From: an uncultured Collinsella sp.
GTDB lineage: Bacteria; Actinomycetota; Coriobacteriia; Coriobacteriales; Coriobacteriaceae
Length of the DNA: 64,000 bases
Assembly (NCBI GenBank): GCA_965146285.1
Contig: CBCTFW010000012.1
Location: 72 to 64,071 of the forward strand
Direction: 5' to 3'
The notes below the pieces were generated by a model that did not search any database, was not told the DNA's origin, and saw nothing but the letters and a program-made list of their open reading frames with translations. Shown here in pieces: positions 10,765 to 19,571 of this stretch; positions within the stretch are counted from its first letter, which is position 1, and every line of letters starts with the position of its first letter. Made by a program: the position numbers and the translations under genes.

Positions 10765-11880
10765 CTACTGCGCGCTAGCGCCTCCGAGCAGGCGTGAGGT
10801 CTGGCAGAACTTATCGCAGAGAACCTCGGGCTCGCCCTTGGGAATCTGGGTGCGCTCGGTCTCAAACGAAAGGCCGTACTCGCGCGCCGGAAGGAAATAC
10901 TCAAAGTAGCCGTTGGTGTAGCCACAGACGATGCCCTGGACCGGGCACTCACGCTTCATGCGGATGCCGAGGTCGCTGCCGAGCTCGCTGGGGAACACAA
11001 AGAGGTGCAGGCCGCCGAGGCTGATCACGGCGCACTTGAGCGTGAGGCTGAAGTCGTCATGCGCCACGGTGTGGTAGAAGGTCTGGGGAACAATGCGGTC
11101 GAGCACGACCTCCTGGGTAAGCTTGATCTTGGAGATCGCCTCGGCCAGGCCGTCGGACACGCGTTCCACCTCGGGAATGCCGCGGCCCTGGCGGAAGTTG
11201 CGGTCGCTGCAGTCGCCTGCGGCGCCAACTACCATAGCCGGGTAGTAGCCCAGACTGGACGCGAGTTTTTTGCCGGTGAGGCCGGCGAGCTCGCTTGTGA
11301 GCTCCGTGCAGTCGGGGCCCACACAGGCGGAGTGGACCGCCCAGTTGACAAAGCCCGCAAAGGGCTTGTTGTCCTCATCGAAGAAAGAGACCACGATCAC
11401 CTCGTTGTCGGCGAGCTCGCCGGGGATGATGCGGTTGTCGTAGAAGCCGGTAACGATCTGCTTGCCCATGCGCGCGGTGGCCGGGCGAGCCTTGGCGCGA
11501 CACTCCTCGAACATCCGGCAGATAGTGTCGAGCAACCAGCGGTAGTAGTTCTCGTCGAATTTGCCCGTCCACCAGCTACGGTGGTAGGCCACAATCGAGG
11601 TGTGGTCGTGGGTGGCCGAAAGCAAAACGCAATCTCGGTCGATCCCGTAGCGCGCATGGAGAAGCGTCTTGACCTCCTCGGCCATCTCCTCCTCAAACTC
11701 CAACACGTCGGCGTTAAAGAGGAAGACCTCGCGCTCGTCCTGGCTAAAGAGCAGTGCGTTGGCAAAGACATCGTCATGGATGGCCGTGGCGGGCTCCATG
11801 CGGTTGGGAAGGTTGCGGTACCCGATAAGGTAGACATCGCCCGTGGGCGTGATCTTTTGGCGTGCGCATCCGATATTCAC
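10765..11880 (-). CDS. Neutral/alkaline ceramidase-like amidohydrolase domain protein
   Basis: G..KITP, IHDDVFA, SATHDHT, NWAVH, GAAGD and GYTNGY..Y motifs. Confidence 0.8.
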   Translation of the reverse strand: MNIGCARQKITPTGDVYLIGYRNLPNRMEPATAIHDDVFANALLFSQDEREVFLFNADVLEFEEEMAEEVKTLLHARYGIDRDCVLLSATHDHTSIVAYHRSWWTGKFDENYYRWLLDTICRMFEECRAKARPATARMGKQIVTGFYDNRIIPGELADNEVIVVSFFDEDNKPFAGFVNWAVHSACVGPDCTELTSELAGLTGKKLASSLGYYPAMVVGAAGDCSDRNFRQGRGIPEVERVSDGLAEAISKIKLTQEVVLDRIVPQTFYHTVAHDDFSLTLKCAVISLGGLHLFVFPSELGSDLGIRMKRECPVQGIVCGYTNGYFEYFLPAREYGLSFETERTQIPKGEPEVLCDKFCQTSRLLGGASAQ

Positions 11881-11904
11881 AGTGCACTCCTTTCTGGGCC
11901 GCCG

Positions 11905-13140
11905 TTACAGGGCGGCAAGAATAGTATCGAGAAGATGCTCATGGGCTCCCTGGGCAAATCCGGAGTTCATGGCCTCGTATGTGATCTTTTGGTAGGCATC
12001 GGGGGCGGGAAGGTACTTGGCGCCGCCGTTGACGAGCGTGGCGAGCAGCACGAGGCCGGGATGCGCCTGGCGCACGGACGCGCCAAAGGAGCTCGCGACC
12101 TCGGGCTCGACGCCCACCAGGTGCATGTCGCCAAGACCCAAGAGCGAGACCCTCGTGGAGACAGTGCCCGCGGGCACAAAGCTGTAGCTCGTGCGCGGGG
12201 CGAGGCTGTGGAAGTCCGCGCGCTCCTGGGCGGGCAGGACCGCGTCGATCGAACGGGCGGAAAGGGCGCCCTCGACGGGCTCCGCGGCATCAAGCGCCTG
12301 GACAATTGCCCTGCCGAGGGCACTTCCCTGCTGATGCAGCATGCGATAGCCGTCCTCGTGCACGTCCTCCTGTGCGAGTGTGCCCGCGGCATCGAACGTC
12401 ACGGTCACGGCGCGTTCGCGGGGAGCCTGGTCGCCGGCCGCGCCGGTAAGCATGAGGCACACGCCACCGCGGTCGCGCTCGACCATGCCGGCGGCAAAAC
12501 CAAAGAGGTCACCCGAGACCACGCGCTCGCCCTCGGATGTGCGCGACTTGTCGAGCACCGAGGATTGCACGTCGGCCGCGGCGATCACGGCGATGGTGTC
12601 GCCACCCGAATCGGCCACGCGCACGATGGGCATCGCATGGTCAGAGAAGCCCTCGTCATTGGCACCAAGCCACCAACCGGCCGGCGTCTCCACGTCGCGG
12701 TTAACGTTGACGGGGCAGCTGCCCTGAGCGCGCTCAATCCGCGCGGGCACCATGCCGTCTATGGCCTCGACGACGGCACGCTCGACTGCACTCACGATGG
12801 CGGCAAGATAGCGCTCGTTGCGCTCGCGCTCCCCATCGCTCTTAAGGTGCTCCGGCGTGCGCACGTGCGGAGCCGAGAAAGTGTGCGCGGGAACGATCCA
12901 AGCATGGGGCGGTCTACAGCCGCACGCTGCCTCAACTGCGCCCTCGAGGCGTGCCTGCAGCGCCGGCGCGATCGAAGTGAGCTCGAGGCCGACGATGCAA
13001 ACGCGCTCGGAGGCACGCTCCAGCACCAGGGCGCGAGCGCAGAGCGGATGGCGCTCCACGGTAAAGCCGTCGTGCGGGAGAACCCCGTCGAGCTCGATCC
13101 TCGCCTTGCCTGCGCCGGCCAAAAGCTCCTGCGCTTCCAT
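11905..13140 (-). CDS. Second ceramidase-like domain protein with altered metal motif
   Basis: LCARALVL, AHTFSAPH, NVNRD, SGDLFG, GAAGDQAP, LVNGGAKYLP. Confidence 0.75.
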   Translation of the reverse strand: MEAQELLAGAGKARIELDGVLPHDGFTVERHPLCARALVLERASERVCIVGLELTSIAPALQARLEGAVEAACGCRPPHAWIVPAHTFSAPHVRTPEHLKSDGERERNERYLAAIVSAVERAVVEAIDGMVPARIERAQGSCPVNVNRDVETPAGWWLGANDEGFSDHAMPIVRVADSGGDTIAVIAAADVQSSVLDKSRTSEGERVVSGDLFGFAAGMVERDRGGVCLMLTGAAGDQAPRERAVTVTFDAAGTLAQEDVHEDGYRMLHQQGSALGRAIVQALDAAEPVEGALSARSIDAVLPAQERADFHSLAPRTSYSFVPAGTVSTRVSLLGLGDMHLVGVEPEVASSFGASVRQAHPGLVLLATLVNGGAKYLPAPDAYQKITYEAMNSGFAQGAHEHLLDTILAAL

Positions 13141-13180
13141 GCGCGTCTCCTTTCCCCGTCTTTCCTCGGTATCTCTACCG

Positions 13181-14215
13181 CTATTTGATGCCGTACAGAC
13201 GCTGGGCCGTCTCACCCAACATGAGGCGCTTGGCCTCATCGCTCACCGGCGCCGCGTTGACGCAGGCCACGCCTTCTGTGAGCCACTCGCGCTTGACCGG
13301 GTAGCTCGTGCCAAAGACGATGTGGTCGGCACCGAGCACCTCCACGGCGCACGAGAGCAGCGTAGGACCCCAGGGCTGGGCATGCGACATGTCAAAGAAA
13401 ATGTTCTTCTCCAGGCGCGCCGAGACGGTCTCGGTGTCTACCTGGAAGCGGCCGGACGCATCCGGGCGCTTGGGGCCGTGCGGCAGGAGCATCTCCTTAA
13501 AGGCAAAGTAGGCGCCGCCGAGCATGGAATGGACCATGCGCACGTTGGGATAGCGCTCGAAGAAGTCGCCAAAAATCTCGCGGCCGATGGCCGTGGTCTG
13601 GTCCACGCAGCGGCCGTAGGAGCGGCGCAGGTTGTCGTAGGCCAAAAGCGAGGCGTTTTCCACCGGCACGGGCACATGGTGCACGTAAGCCGTCACGCCG
13701 CGCTCGTTAAGGTGCTCAAAGAAGCTCGCAAAGACGGGGTCGTCCAGGTAGCGCTCGCCGTAGTGGGCGCAGAGCTGCACGCCGGCAAAGCCCTCGTCCA
13801 AGCGACGATCGAGCTCGGCAAGATTGGCCTTGGTGCCAAAGGGAGGCACGGCGACGAGCGGGATTAGGCGGCCATCCGAGGCCGCAGCGTCTGCCGCCAT
13901 GCCGTCGTTAAAGCGGCGGCACATGTCGAGCGACATCCACTCATGGCAGCCCGGAAGCTTGAGGATGGCCTTGTCCACGCCGGCCTCGTCCATATCGGCC
14001 AGGCGCTTCTCCAGGGTGTAGTCGCCCTGGATGTAGTTGAGGCCCGGGGCGCCGGAGGGCTTCTCAATCACGATCTGGCGCTTGCCGGCAGGGTTTACGG
14101 CAACGCGTCCCTCGGTGTTGTACTCACGGGGAACCTCGGAGAGAAACTGCTCGCACAGAGCATCATCAGCAAAGATGCGCTCATCGAACCAGTAGGAATT
14201 TGCATCGATAATCAT
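13181..14215 (-). CDS. Amidohydrolase_2 family protein (ACMSD/LigW-like fold)
   Basis: RLADMDEAGVDKAIL, RRFND, YVHH, HSMLGG, GADHIVFGTSYP; GAAAGG RBS. Confidence 0.85.
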   Translation of the reverse strand: MIIDANSYWFDERIFADDALCEQFLSEVPREYNTEGRVAVNPAGKRQIVIEKPSGAPGLNYIQGDYTLEKRLADMDEAGVDKAILKLPGCHEWMSLDMCRRFNDGMAADAAASDGRLIPLVAVPPFGTKANLAELDRRLDEGFAGVQLCAHYGERYLDDPVFASFFEHLNERGVTAYVHHVPVPVENASLLAYDNLRRSYGRCVDQTTAIGREIFGDFFERYPNVRMVHSMLGGAYFAFKEMLLPHGPKRPDASGRFQVDTETVSARLEKNIFFDMSHAQPWGPTLLSCAVEVLGADHIVFGTSYPVKREWLTEGVACVNAAPVSDEAKRLMLGETAQRLYGIK

Positions 14216-14326
14216 GGATTGGGTCCGCCTTTCGCTTTTGACACCGTCATTGTAAAAAGTGAAGGCATGCCATATCAATTCCAGTTGAGAGCACTTGTAT
14301 TCCAAATTGGAATAGGATTTACCGCT

Positions 14327-14377
14327 CACCCAAAACTTATAAACTTGCAAATTTTGCAAGTTTATAAGTTTTGGGTG
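14327..14377. promoter_or_regulatory. Perfect 51-bp AT-rich palindrome upstream of the amidohydrolase operon
   Basis: CACCCAAAACTTATAAACTTGCAAA-T-TTTGCAAGTTTATAAGTTTTGGGTG, 25-bp arms with no mismatch. Confidence 0.7.
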
Positions 14378-14404
14378 TGACAAAGGGGCTGTCCCTTTGT
14401 CACA
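14376..14404. repeat. 29-bp REP-like palindrome copy overlapping the MerR stop codon
   Basis: TGTGACAAAGGGGCTGTCCCTTTGTCACA. Confidence 0.85.
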
Positions 14405-15269
14405 TTGCGAGGGCTGCGGGGATTTGGATGCAGCAGAAATCCTCTTGGTGGGACTCGTCATAGCTCGTGGTGTCGAGATAGCAGAAATCAAAAGCGTTGC
14501 CGGCGGGCTGGAGCGCGTGCTTGTCCATGCAGGCCACGATGGCGCGGATACCCTTGGGCTCATACGGCATGCCCCAGCGGCTCATACACAGATAGGTGCC
14601 CTCGGGCAGCACCTCGACGCCAATCTCCGCCAGCTCGGCAGGATCGCTCGGCAGTATTTCCTCGGCACCGCGCGGCAGTACGGCAAAGGAGCCGGCACCG
14701 GCGATGGGGTCATCGGAATGCAGCGCCTCGCGACGCAGCATGGCGCCCCAACCGCGCATGGGGCGTGTGCCCGTGAGTGCACGCATGCGCAGAATCGCTC
14801 GCATGAGCGTGGGGTGCAGCATCGAGCGGCCGCGCTCGATATCGCCCGGGAACTCCTCAAAGACCACGTAGCGGCGCTCGAACTGCTTGAGCTCCGGTTT
14901 GCCCTCGCGCTCGCGCCAATAGACCGCCTCGTCGTAAAAACTCAGGCGCTCCTGCACGCTCGCACGCTCGGCTTTGAGCCCGGCAATCTGCTCGTCGAGC
15001 GCCTGCACCCGCGAGCGCAGGTGGTCGGTCATCTCTCCAATGTCGAACGTCGAAGTCAGGCGATCGATCTCGTCGAGCTCCAGCCCCAGGTCGCGCAACA
15101 TGCAGATCAGACGCATGAGCGGGATCTGCGTGGGTGAATAGAAACGGTAGCCCTTCTCGTTCACCACGGCGGGCTTAAACAGGCCGATCTTGTCGTAATA
15201 GATGAGCGTTTGGCGCGAAACGTTAAACAAACTCGCCATCTCGCTGATCGCATACATACCCGTCTGCAT
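14400..15269 (-). CDS. MerR family regulator with GyrI-like effector domain (BmrR-like)
   Basis: ISEMASLFNVSRQTLIYYDKIGLFKP..NEKGYRFYS; C-terminal LPEGTYLC..IQIP; GGAGG RBS. Confidence 0.92.
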   Translation of the reverse strand: MQTGMYAISEMASLFNVSRQTLIYYDKIGLFKPAVVNEKGYRFYSPTQIPLMRLICMLRDLGLELDEIDRLTSTFDIGEMTDHLRSRVQALDEQIAGLKAERASVQERLSFYDEAVYWREREGKPELKQFERRYVVFEEFPGDIERGRSMLHPTLMRAILRMRALTGTRPMRGWGAMLRREALHSDDPIAGAGSFAVLPRGAEEILPSDPAELAEIGVEVLPEGTYLCMSRWGMPYEPKGIRAIVACMDKHALQPAGNAFDFCYLDTTSYDESHQEDFCCIQIPAALAM

Positions 15270-15349
15270 AGGTCCTCCCGACACACCAAAGCCCGCCGCC
15301 CACAGGGGCAGCGGGCTCAAACACTACTCGTATCCTACCCTAAAGATGC

Positions 15350-15928
15350 CTATGACCAGCGCTTATAGTTTTCGCACGACACGCCGACGGCCTCGAGCGC
15401 CTTGGCGGCGATGTGATGCACCGCGTCGTCGAGCGTGGCAGGGCCGTTGTAAAACGTGAGCATGGGCGGCATGAGCATGACGCCCGGCACGCGCGCCAGG
15501 CGCGCCATGTTATCGACATGGATCGCACTGAAGGGCGTCTCACGCACCATAAGCACCAGGCGGCGCTGCTCTTTCATCTGTACATCGGCCGCACGCAGCA
15601 ACAGATTTTCGCTGTAGCCGCTCGCAACGCCGGCGAGCGTCTTCATGGAGCAGGGCGCCACAATCATGCCGTCGACCGGATAGGTGCCGCTTGCGATGGC
15701 AGCGCCGATGTTCTTGTTGTCGTAGACCACATCGGCATAGCACGCAAACTCGTCGAGCGTCATGCCGAGCTCCTGCTCGATGGTGATCTCTCCCCCGCGC
15801 GTGACGACAAGCGCCGACTCGGCGCCAGCCTGGCGCAGGCATTTGAGGCACTCAAGGCCCAGCGCCGCACCGCTGGCGCCAGACACGCCAACGACAATGC
15901 GACGGGGACGGACAGAAGACTCAGACAT
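15350..15928 (-). CDS. ubiX: Flavin prenyltransferase UbiX (LpdB-like)
   Basis: VGVSGASG, IASG, APCSMKTLA, NLLLRAADV..KEQR, RETP, FY motifs. Confidence 0.96.
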   Translation of the reverse strand: MSESSVRPRRIVVGVSGASGAALGLECLKCLRQAGAESALVVTRGGEITIEQELGMTLDEFACYADVVYDNKNIGAAIASGTYPVDGMIVAPCSMKTLAGVASGYSENLLLRAADVQMKEQRRLVLMVRETPFSAIHVDNMARLARVPGVMLMPPMLTFYNGPATLDDAVHHIAAKALEAVGVSCENYKRWS

Positions 15929-15961
15929 GACAACTCCTTAGTTACTTGGTAGGGCTACTTA

Positions 15962-17449
15962 CTAGAAGGCGAGTTCGGCGGCCCACTTGTCCTTGTCGAT
16001 CTCCATGAACTGCGAGCGGATGAAGTTCTTCTTGAGGTTGAACGGGACCGTACAGTCGAAGATGGCCTTGCAGGCGATGCCGTGCTCGCGGATCGAAGGA
16101 TCGAACGCGGGGTCGTTGGACGGATCGAGCACGTGGCAGTGGCAACCGGGGATGGTGATGAGGTCCACGTCGGCCTGGAAGCGCGTGGTCATGGCCCACA
16201 TCACGTCGCTCATATCGAAGATGTCGACATCCTCGTCAACAAGGATGACATGCTTGAGCTCGGAGAACGCCGAGAAGGCGAGCATGGCGGCGTTGCGCTG
16301 ACGGCCCTCGTCATTTTTGCTCGACTTCTTGAACTGCATGATGGCAACGAACTTGCCGCCGCCGCAGGGAGCGGCGTGGACGTTGAGCAGACGGCCCGGG
16401 ATGGCGGTCTCGACCATCTTGTAGATGGAGGCCTCGGTGGGGATACCGGCCATGGACACGTGCTCGTGCGAAGGGCCGATGCAGCTCTCCATAATGGGGT
16501 TGATGCGCGTGGTGACGGCGGTGATCTTGATCACCGGGCAGACCTTGGCGCCACCGGTGTAGCCGGGGAACTCGGGCATGGCGCAACCGTGGCCGTTGAC
16601 GTCCTCGTTGATAGCCTCGTCGTGCATGAGATAGCCCTCGAGCACGTACTCGGCATTGGCAATGCACTTCTGCGGAACGGTGACGCAGTCGGCAAGCTCG
16701 ACGGCGCGGCCGCGCAGAGCACCGGCGATCTGCAGCTCGTTGAAGCCGAGCGGCGTGGTGGGAGCTTCGAAGCCGCAGCACATGTACACGGCGGGGTCCA
16801 GACCGATGGAGATGGAGATGGGCATGTTCTCGCCGCGCTGGCAGTACTCGTCAAAGAACGCACCGAGATGACGGCTGCCCGGGGTAATCCACATGGCGAG
16901 CTTGTCCTTGTCGACGCAGGAGAAGCGGTGGATGGTCACGTCGGACTGGGTGCCATCGGGGCTCGTGCCGTAGGCGAGGCCCATGGTGATGTAGGGGCCG
17001 CCGTCGACGGGCGTGTTGGTGGGGGCGGGAACGATCTTGCGCAGGTCGAAGCCCTCGTCGGTCGCCTTGTACACAACCTCCTGGCAGTCGACGTGCTTGC
17101 CCTCGGCGATCTGCTCAGGGGCGATCAGGTTCTCGAAGCGCTTGCCGATCTCGAGGCCCAGGTGCTCCTCGTCCAGGTCGAGCAGAGCGGCAACGCGCTT
17201 GCGGCTGGCAAGCATGCCGATGCAGACCTTGGCGTCGTCAAAGCCCTTGACGTTGTTGAAGACCATCGCCGGGCCCTCTTTGGTCGGGCGCATGACGGTG
17301 CCGCCGGCGCCGACGTGACGGTAGACGCCCGAGACCTCGGCATCGGGATCGACCTGGGTGTCGGTCTCGAGCAGCTGGCCCGGCATCTCGCGCAAAAAGT
17401 CGAGTGCAGAACGCAGGTCGTGGATCTGGGAAGCATCGGTAGTGGACAT
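15962..17449 (-). CDS. lpdC: prFMN-dependent UbiD family decarboxylase, gallate/protocatechuate (LpdC/AroY) type
   Basis: SGVYRHVGAGGTVMRPT, PTNTPVDGGPY, FEAPTTPLGFNEL, AMPEFPGY, HVSMAGIPTEAS and DEGRQR match my recollection of L. plantarum LpdC and Klebsiella AroY. Confidence 0.9.
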   Translation of the reverse strand: MSTTDASQIHDLRSALDFLREMPGQLLETDTQVDPDAEVSGVYRHVGAGGTVMRPTKEGPAMVFNNVKGFDDAKVCIGMLASRKRVAALLDLDEEHLGLEIGKRFENLIAPEQIAEGKHVDCQEVVYKATDEGFDLRKIVPAPTNTPVDGGPYITMGLAYGTSPDGTQSDVTIHRFSCVDKDKLAMWITPGSRHLGAFFDEYCQRGENMPISISIGLDPAVYMCCGFEAPTTPLGFNELQIAGALRGRAVELADCVTVPQKCIANAEYVLEGYLMHDEAINEDVNGHGCAMPEFPGYTGGAKVCPVIKITAVTTRINPIMESCIGPSHEHVSMAGIPTEASIYKMVETAIPGRLLNVHAAPCGGGKFVAIMQFKKSSKNDEGRQRNAAMLAFSAFSELKHVILVDEDVDIFDMSDVMWAMTTRFQADVDLITIPGCHCHVLDPSNDPAFDPSIREHGIACKAIFDCTVPFNLKKNFIRSQFMEIDKDKWAAELAF

Positions 17450-17591
17450 AACGTGCTCCTTTCGGGAGAGAGCCCAGCGGCGGGATGCCGCCGGGCGGAA
17501 TAACGTAAGGGGGCCGTGGCGCTTATAGATGGGGCGCTCGGCCACTCGCAGTTCAGGCGCTCAGCTGCTTGCAGCCAAAACGCTCGACCGC

Positions 17592-19049
17592 TTACATCAG
17601 GCCAAAGAGGTGGAACCAGGCGGCCTCGACCAGCACGACGACAAAGACGACCGCGGTGAGGGGGATGCCCATGCGCATGGCCTCTTTGGAGGTGTAGCCG
17701 CCGGCGTCCTTGCCTTCGCCGACAAGGATCGGCAGGTTATGGAACGGCAGGATGTAGTGGATGTTGATGGACGTGAAGACGATGAGCGCTACGGCGAGCG
17801 GGCTCACGCTGGAGCCGGCGGCAAAGCTGATGAACGCCGGCACGCACACGCCGAGTACGGCCATGACCGAGCCCATGAACATGTGGATGATCATGGAAAG
17901 CGCGGCGACGAGCAGGGCGAACAGGAAGATGTTCTCGGGCACAGAGCTGGGGAGCACGACATCGGCGATCCAGGCGTTCATGCCGGTGGCACCGCCCACG
18001 GAGCCCACGGCCATGGCGGCCGTCAGGAACATGAGGGACTTGATGTCGACAGCGTTCCAGCTGGCGGGGGTGAGGACTTCGCCGATGATGGGCATGGCGA
18101 GAGCGACACCAATGGCCAGGGTGACCCAGCCGATGTAATCGCCCGAAACGGTGAGCCACAGCGCGATGGCGATGACAAGCCACACGATGGTGCGGATCTC
18201 TTTGACGGAGAGCTTGCCGAGCGCGGCCTGCTTGGCCACGATCTGCTCGCGATCGTAGACGAGCTCCTTGCTGGGCTTAAAGAGGAAGAGGCCCAAGAAC
18301 AGGGTGCACAGCAGCGCGACCAGCATAGGCACGCTCATGTACAGGAACCAGTCGACGAAGGACGGGCTCATGCCGCCGGCCTCGGCACTGTACTGTGCAA
18401 CGAGGGGGTTGAGCGTGGAGTCGCCCGTCAGGAAGAACATGGAGCCCGGGGCGGCAGCGGCAAACACGAGGAAGCCGAGCTTGCCCTTGTCGTCGTCACC
18501 GTAGCCGGCGGACTCGGCGATGACCGAGACGACGGCGAGGATGAGGAAGGCGCGGGGGAACGGATGCGGGATCAGCAGCGACAGCACAAAGGTGAGCGCG
18601 AAGATCGAGATGATGAGCGACTTAGCGTCGCGCACGAACTTGAGCATGAACGCGTAGGCGATACGCTCGCCCAGGCCCGACTCCTTGACCGCGCTGGCGA
18701 TGAGGTAGGCGCCGATGACGAGCCACATGGTGGCCTTGGTCCACGAGCTAAACGTAGAGGCGACCGTCGCCGAGATGCTCGCGGCGCCCGTGTCGTCCAC
18801 GCATACCTTGAACAGAACGAGCAGCGCGCAGTAGAGCAGGCCCACAAAGCCCGGCTGCGCCACGCCACATGCCCAGAACACCACCGTGGCGAGCGTCAGT
18901 GCCAGACAGGTCTGACCGCCGACCGTGAGCTCGACCGTCGAGCTCAGCTCCGTCAAAGGAAGAAACTTCACCAGCAAAAAGACAACGATACCCAGCACAA
19001 AGCCAATTTCGCGCTTGGTGATCTTAAACGCCTTCTTTTCCGCTTCCAT
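17592..19049 (-). CDS. SLC13/DASS family anion permease
   Basis: About 12 TM segments, SGLGERIA, LIPHPFPRA, FLTG, GGATGMNAWI, GGYT..EAMRMG. Confidence 0.88.
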   Translation of the reverse strand: MEAEKKAFKITKREIGFVLGIVVFLLVKFLPLTELSSTVELTVGGQTCLALTLATVVFWACGVAQPGFVGLLYCALLVLFKVCVDDTGAASISATVASTFSSWTKATMWLVIGAYLIASAVKESGLGERIAYAFMLKFVRDAKSLIISIFALTFVLSLLIPHPFPRAFLILAVVSVIAESAGYGDDDKGKLGFLVFAAAAPGSMFFLTGDSTLNPLVAQYSAEAGGMSPSFVDWFLYMSVPMLVALLCTLFLGLFLFKPSKELVYDREQIVAKQAALGKLSVKEIRTIVWLVIAIALWLTVSGDYIGWVTLAIGVALAMPIIGEVLTPASWNAVDIKSLMFLTAAMAVGSVGGATGMNAWIADVVLPSSVPENIFLFALLVAALSMIIHMFMGSVMAVLGVCVPAFISFAAGSSVSPLAVALIVFTSINIHYILPFHNLPILVGEGKDAGGYTSKEAMRMGIPLTAVVFVVVLVEAAWFHLFGLM

Positions 19050-19102
19050 CTCCCCACCTTTCTTGTTGGGGGCGCTCCGGATTCGCAGCCACGTTGCCGC
19101 TT

Positions 19103-19132
19103 AAAAAGGGGCGCCCGTTATCGGACGCCCCT
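19103..19132 (-). terminator. Rho-independent terminator after the tannase/PTS remnant
   Basis: AAAAAGGGGCGCCCG-TTAT-CGGACGCCCCTT, giving a U-tract on the minus strand. Confidence 0.65.
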
Positions 19133-19188
19133 TACGTTGCGCTGTGTTGCGGCAATACAGTCAAGCGAGATTTTTTGAATTTATGGCA

Positions 19189-19468
19189 CTAGGCCTGCTC
19201 AAGGATCTTGGCATCCTCATCGCGATAAAGCAGGAGCTGCGCGACAAAGGCAAAGAGACAGCCGACAGCAACGCCAATGGCATACTTGACCAGGTCCTCG
19301 ATGACCACGCCGCAGAGGGCCATGGACACAGGGCCAATCACGATATATACAGCAACGACGGAGACGAGCAGGGTGATGAGCGGGGTGAAGATGCCGCGCA
19401 GGGAATCGGGCAGCGCATCTTTGCACCCCCTGGGCGATAGCGCTCACCAATTGGGCGTATTTACCCAT
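19189..19468 (-). pseudogene. Collapsed PTS EIIBC pseudogene (internal deletions plus frameshift)
   Basis: AAAGGAGG RBS then MGKYAQLVSAIAQG (EIIB start); a second frame reads KDALPDSLRGIFTPLITLLVSVVAVYIVIGPVS (EIIC middle) fused to YAIGVAVGCLFAFVAQLLLYRDED-stop (EIIC end); 280 bp in total. Confidence 0.75.
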
Positions 19469-19571
19469 GAGTGCCTCCTTTGGTCTATATGTTGGCCTCA
19501 TCCTTTTGGCATGGCCCCAGCCAGGGCGGGCGGCGCCGGCTTGCCGCCATAAACCCGATGTATCGCGTGGG

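Noticed and set aside
14216..14563. N-terminal extension of the amidohydrolase ORF, and similar extensions of LysR, PTS, UbiD, the LpdD fusion, MFS, PdxK and Tex
   Set aside because: Extensions run through palindromes or promoter DNA; downstream starts have a proper RBS and match family N-termini
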